From NCBI RefSeq assembly GCF_001194135.2, contig NC_068992.1, forward strand, positions 55,549,440 to 55,589,788: a DNA stretch of 40,349 nucleotides. Direction: 5' to 3'. A program made the position numbers and the translations under genes. Shown here piece by piece: positions 36,975 through 40,349 of this stretch (positions are counted from its first letter, which is position 1; each line of letters begins with the position of its first letter). The notes beneath the pieces are model-generated. The model made no database searches, had not been told where the DNA came from, and was given only the letters and a program-made list of their open reading frames with translations. Source of the DNA: Octopus bimaculoides. Lineage: Eukaryota.

Positions 36975-37113
36975 TAGGTTCAAACACTGGCACAAGCCTA
37001 GTAAAATTTGCGGAGCGGATAAGTCAATTACATTGACGCCAGTACTCAGCTGGTACTTATTTTATCGACCCACAAAGGATAAAAGGTAAAGTTGACCTCG
37101 GCAGGATTTGAAA
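36975..37113 (-). mobile_element. SINE family B, 5'-truncated
   Basis: CTGGTACTTATTTTATCGACCC...GTTGACCTCGGCAGGATTTGAA. Confidence 0.85.
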
Positions 37114-37992
37114 TCGCGCCTTAATTTTGGGGGTAGCAAATATTATTTTGAATCGTTAGCCCGAAAAATCATTTTTGCTTGCTCCAGCCGAATATAATTT
37201 TATGAACAATGCCAAAATTTTTCCTTCAAGTAAAAACAAAAAGAAAAGCATCGTCTGGAATCTATATTCTTCCAAATATACCGATTCCGTTAGGTTGTTG
37301 CTATTTTAAACATTTTATAACGCCAGATTTTTAAAACAATAGAAGCTATGATTTTACACTTTCATAGAATTAGATGAGAAAATTGCATGAGCTTAGAAGA
37401 TACCGATAAATTATATCAAAAAGATTTTTTAAATAATTTTTTAAAACTTTTTAAAAATTATATAATCTAAGATTTAATTTATTGGCAACATTTCCCGTAT
37501 TATTTTTTTGTCTTTTCGCATAGAAAATTTGCAGTGTGTATTTTATTTCTGCATTCATCCAAAATCTGTGTAGATATATTCTGCCGCTATCGCCTTATTA
37601 AGAAATGTAATACATGATAATTAGCTATGAAGTAATTAGCTATTGTTTTACATAACAATGGAGACTTTATGCGCTCGTCTTGCTTGAAAAACAAAGATCT
37701 AAATCTCCTTTTAATTACACCCTACTGTCTTAGAAAAGAATGAACACTGGATTGTATAGCTCTAGATAAAATTGATGCCGCCATTGCTGTAATGACTTTG
37801 ATTCTATTTCTGCTCGTCTGGAACTGAAATATGACTTTAAACCACAATGCATTTGATGTTATTAATTCTATGTTTACTGCTAATAGAAGATACTTTAATA
37901 CCACTTAAATAGCGAGTAAACATTTTCCATAATTTTTAAGGTCCACTTGAATATTTCAAATGCAAAAATGCTGCTGCAAAGTAGGTTTTATT

Positions 37993-38200
37993 GGCTGGCC
38001 AGAATCGTTAGCACGCCGAGTAAATTGCTTAGCGACATTTCGTTCGTCTTAACGTTCTGGGATCAAATTCCCTCGAGTTCGAGTTTGCCCTACATCCTTT
38101 CGAGTTCGATGAAATAACTACCAGTTACGAACTGGTGTCGATATAATCAACTAGCCCCACCCCAAAATTTCAGGCCTTATGCCTTTAGTAAAAAGGATTA
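37993..38200 (+). mobile_element. SINE family B, second tail subtype
   Basis: CAGAATCGTTAGCACGCC...TTTCAGGCCTTATGCCTTTAGTAAAAAGGATTATT. Confidence 0.88.
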
Positions 38201-38227
38201 TTTTATTATTTGATAAAAAGCTAAGTG

Positions 38228-38415
38228 GCAAACTGACAGAAACGTTAGCACCTCAGACAAAATGCTTAGCGGTAGGTATTTCGTCCGTTTTCAAGGCCGA
38301 CTTTGCATTTCGTCCTTTCGGGGTCGATAAAATAAGCATCAGTTCAGTACAGAAGCCGATAGTATTGATTAACCCACTCTACTCGCATTACGGGCCTTGT
38401 ACTTAAATTGAAAAT
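38228..38415 (+). mobile_element. SINE family B with internal deletion
   Basis: GGCAAACTGACAGAAACGTTAGCAC...CCTTTCGGGGTCGATAAAATAAG. Confidence 0.82.
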
Positions 38416-38670
38416 CATGGTTATTTAAGTGAGCAAGGCTATGAGCATGTAGAATAATCAGAGTTGTGTAGTATTTCAGGACTTTACTCCCACGTTCAAA
38501 TCCCAACGAGATCTCAATTCTGTCATTGATCCTTCGGAGTCCATAAAATACAGTAATAGTAAATTACAAGGGTTTTTTTGTTTTTTTTTTCAAAGTATCG
38601 GTTGATTCCCTCTTCTCAAGATTTCTGGCCATGAGCTTTAGTAAGGAATCTTTATTGATTAAAACGACGG

Positions 38671-38849
38671 AGAAGGCGGCGAAATGGCTTTGCGTCTTTA
38701 CTTTCTGAGTTCAAATGCCGCCGAGGTCGACTTTGCCCTTCATCCTTTCGGAGTCGATAAAATAAGTACCAGTTGAGCGCTGCAGTTGATGCAATCGACT
38801 TACTCCCTTCTCCGAAATTACTGGCCTTGTGCCAAAATTTGAAACCAAT
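38671..38849 (+). mobile_element. SINE family B with head deletion
   Basis: CTGAGTTCAAATGCCGCCGAGGTCGACTTTGCC...GGCCTTGTGCCAAAATTTGAAACCAAT. Confidence 0.9.
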
Positions 38850-38899
38850 TAAAAGGACGGTGGAAAGTAAGATTGATGGATCAATAGATTAAGGTTTTG

Positions 38900-39240
38900 T
38901 GGTATTTATTTAAATCCATTATGTTATGAGTTCAATTTCTGATGAGGTCAGCTCTTCCTTTCACTAATTGCTGAGTCGACAAAAAAGTATCAGTTAGCCT
39001 TGGATTCGATACAATCTACTGTTCGTAACCCCAAACTTCTGTTTCCATGCCAATACTAGAAGCATTAGGTAAACAATAGATTGTGGATGGCAAACTCTGT
39101 AATTCGCCAAAGAATACGAATTCCTGGTCTACGTTTATATTTTTTTATATTCTAAGTTCAAATCTCCCCGACTATTGCTTTGCCTGTCATCATTCTGAAA
39201 CCAGTCAACTAAGTATCGGCCAAGTTCTTATGTCAAATAA
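38900..39240 (+). mobile_element. two old SINE family B fragments
   Basis: GAGTTCAATTTC and AAGTTCAAATCT cores with degenerate bodies. Confidence 0.55.
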
Positions 39241-39269
39241 CAAACAAATGAGGATTTTCTATAACAATT

Positions 39270-39520
39270 AACTAATAACACCTCGTCAGCATTTGTGGTT
39301 TTGTGAAACTGATCCGCTTGTTCGTGACCTCCGTTTTAATACATCTTCCACGTACAACTCTGGGCTGAAGTAGACGCCGAGCAGATGAACAGAACACTCG
39401 ATCCAGCAAACATTTCAATATGAACTTACTTCTCGATATTCCCACTTGTAAACCTAAGATGTTTAAAGATGTATCTGCCTTCTTATCACCTATTATTCTT
39501 CAAGTTGGGTACAAATCACC
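39270..39520 (-). mobile_element. possible CR1/L2 LINE 3' fragment
   Basis: RIIGDKKADTSLNIL...CSS resembles the CR1-like RIIGD...TSL..L...CSS C-terminal pattern; weak. Confidence 0.3.
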
Positions 39521-39559
39521 TTTCCTAGCCAAAATGCCCTACAGTATTTCATTAACGTT

Positions 39560-39767
39560 GAAGGTGGCGAGCTGGCAGAATTGTTAGCACGCCGGGCAAA
39601 ATGCTTAGTGGAATTTCGTCAGTCTTTGTGTTCTGAGTTCAAATACAGCTGAAATCGACTTTGCCATTCATCCCTTCAGGATCGTTGAAATAAGTACCAG
39701 TTAAGTGCTGGGTCAATGTAATAAACTTATCTCTACACCGAAATTGCTGTCCTTATGCCAAAATTTA
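39560..39767 (+). mobile_element. SINE family B, full length
   Basis: GAAGGTGGCGAGCTGGCAGAATTGTTAGCACGCCGGGC...CCTTATGCCAAAATTT. Confidence 0.9.
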
Positions 39768-40031
39768 ACGTTGCCGAATACTCTGCAATGCTTTCTACTT
39801 TCAAAACTAGCAAAGTTGACCAAACTGCACAAGAACAATGAAACAAATCATTCTTGTAAACCGGAACTCATAAACGATTCTATTGGTGTACTGCTAACTT
39901 TATGATAACCAAGAAAACGTAGGACATAGTGTTAAATATTCCAAAATAAATACCGTCTACTTTCGTTCTTTCTTCGATTTTTTACTTGTTTTCTTGCTTT
40001 GTTTTTTGTTTCCTTTTGTTTCTTTTTTCAG

Positions 40032-40097
40032 AAATCGTAAAGTTACAAAGCTCCAAAACAAAGTAATTTTCTGCAAATTATTCATGACGGCAGTAAA
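40032..40097 (+). CDS. candidate 66-nt exon (NRKVTKLQNKVIFCKLFMTAV)
   Basis: About 70-nt pyrimidine-rich tract ending TTTTTTCAG (40031), one open frame, donor AAA|GTAAGA; phase 2 at both ends. Confidence 0.25.
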
Positions 40098-40349
40098 GTA
40101 AGATAATTTGTTTGGCAGCACTGGATAGATATGGCTGTTTATTTGCAGGAAATCCGATCCTTCCAAATAATTTCAGTTTATCATAATATTCTCTTTAAGT
40201 GAAGTTTTTGCTAAGTTTTATAATTAACACCATAGTTTTCAACTTGTAAAATTTCCAAGACGACTGAATTATTTCCCAAACGATTCAATAACAAAGGAAA
40301 CATTATGTATGTAGAGTATCATGTAGCACTGAAAGCACTATATATATAT

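Overview
AT-rich animal genomic DNA, dense in microsatellites and SINEs, from a gapped short-read assembly. There are six N gaps (14152-14508, 16463-16559, 17930-18025, 19019-19028, 24878-24917, 28037-28446), each with a simple repeat or homopolymer on at least one side. The SINE families and repeat landscape look like an octopus genome; this is inferred from recalled repeat sequences, not from a search. No complete protein-coding gene, rRNA, true tRNA gene or CRISPR array is recognisable, and most ORFs in the track are microsatellite or repeat artefacts. The window holds about 25 copies or fragments of tRNA-derived SINEs in four or five modular families, a 106-bp mariner MITE, and decayed fragments of Penelope-like elements (PLE), an RTE LINE and probable CR1/L2 LINEs. 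The best lead is a near-intact minimal (Penelope-type) hammerhead ribozyme at 27554-27639. It sits inside a ~200-bp element whose left arm is an antisense copy of the ribozyme's 3' half, and its GAAACAGCTGTA signature occurs four times in the window. Other leads are a MITE nested inside a SINE target-site duplication, a gap-free diverged 171-bp duplication, a fold-back triplication at a gap, inverted SINE pairs, and two phase-compatible candidate + strand exons.
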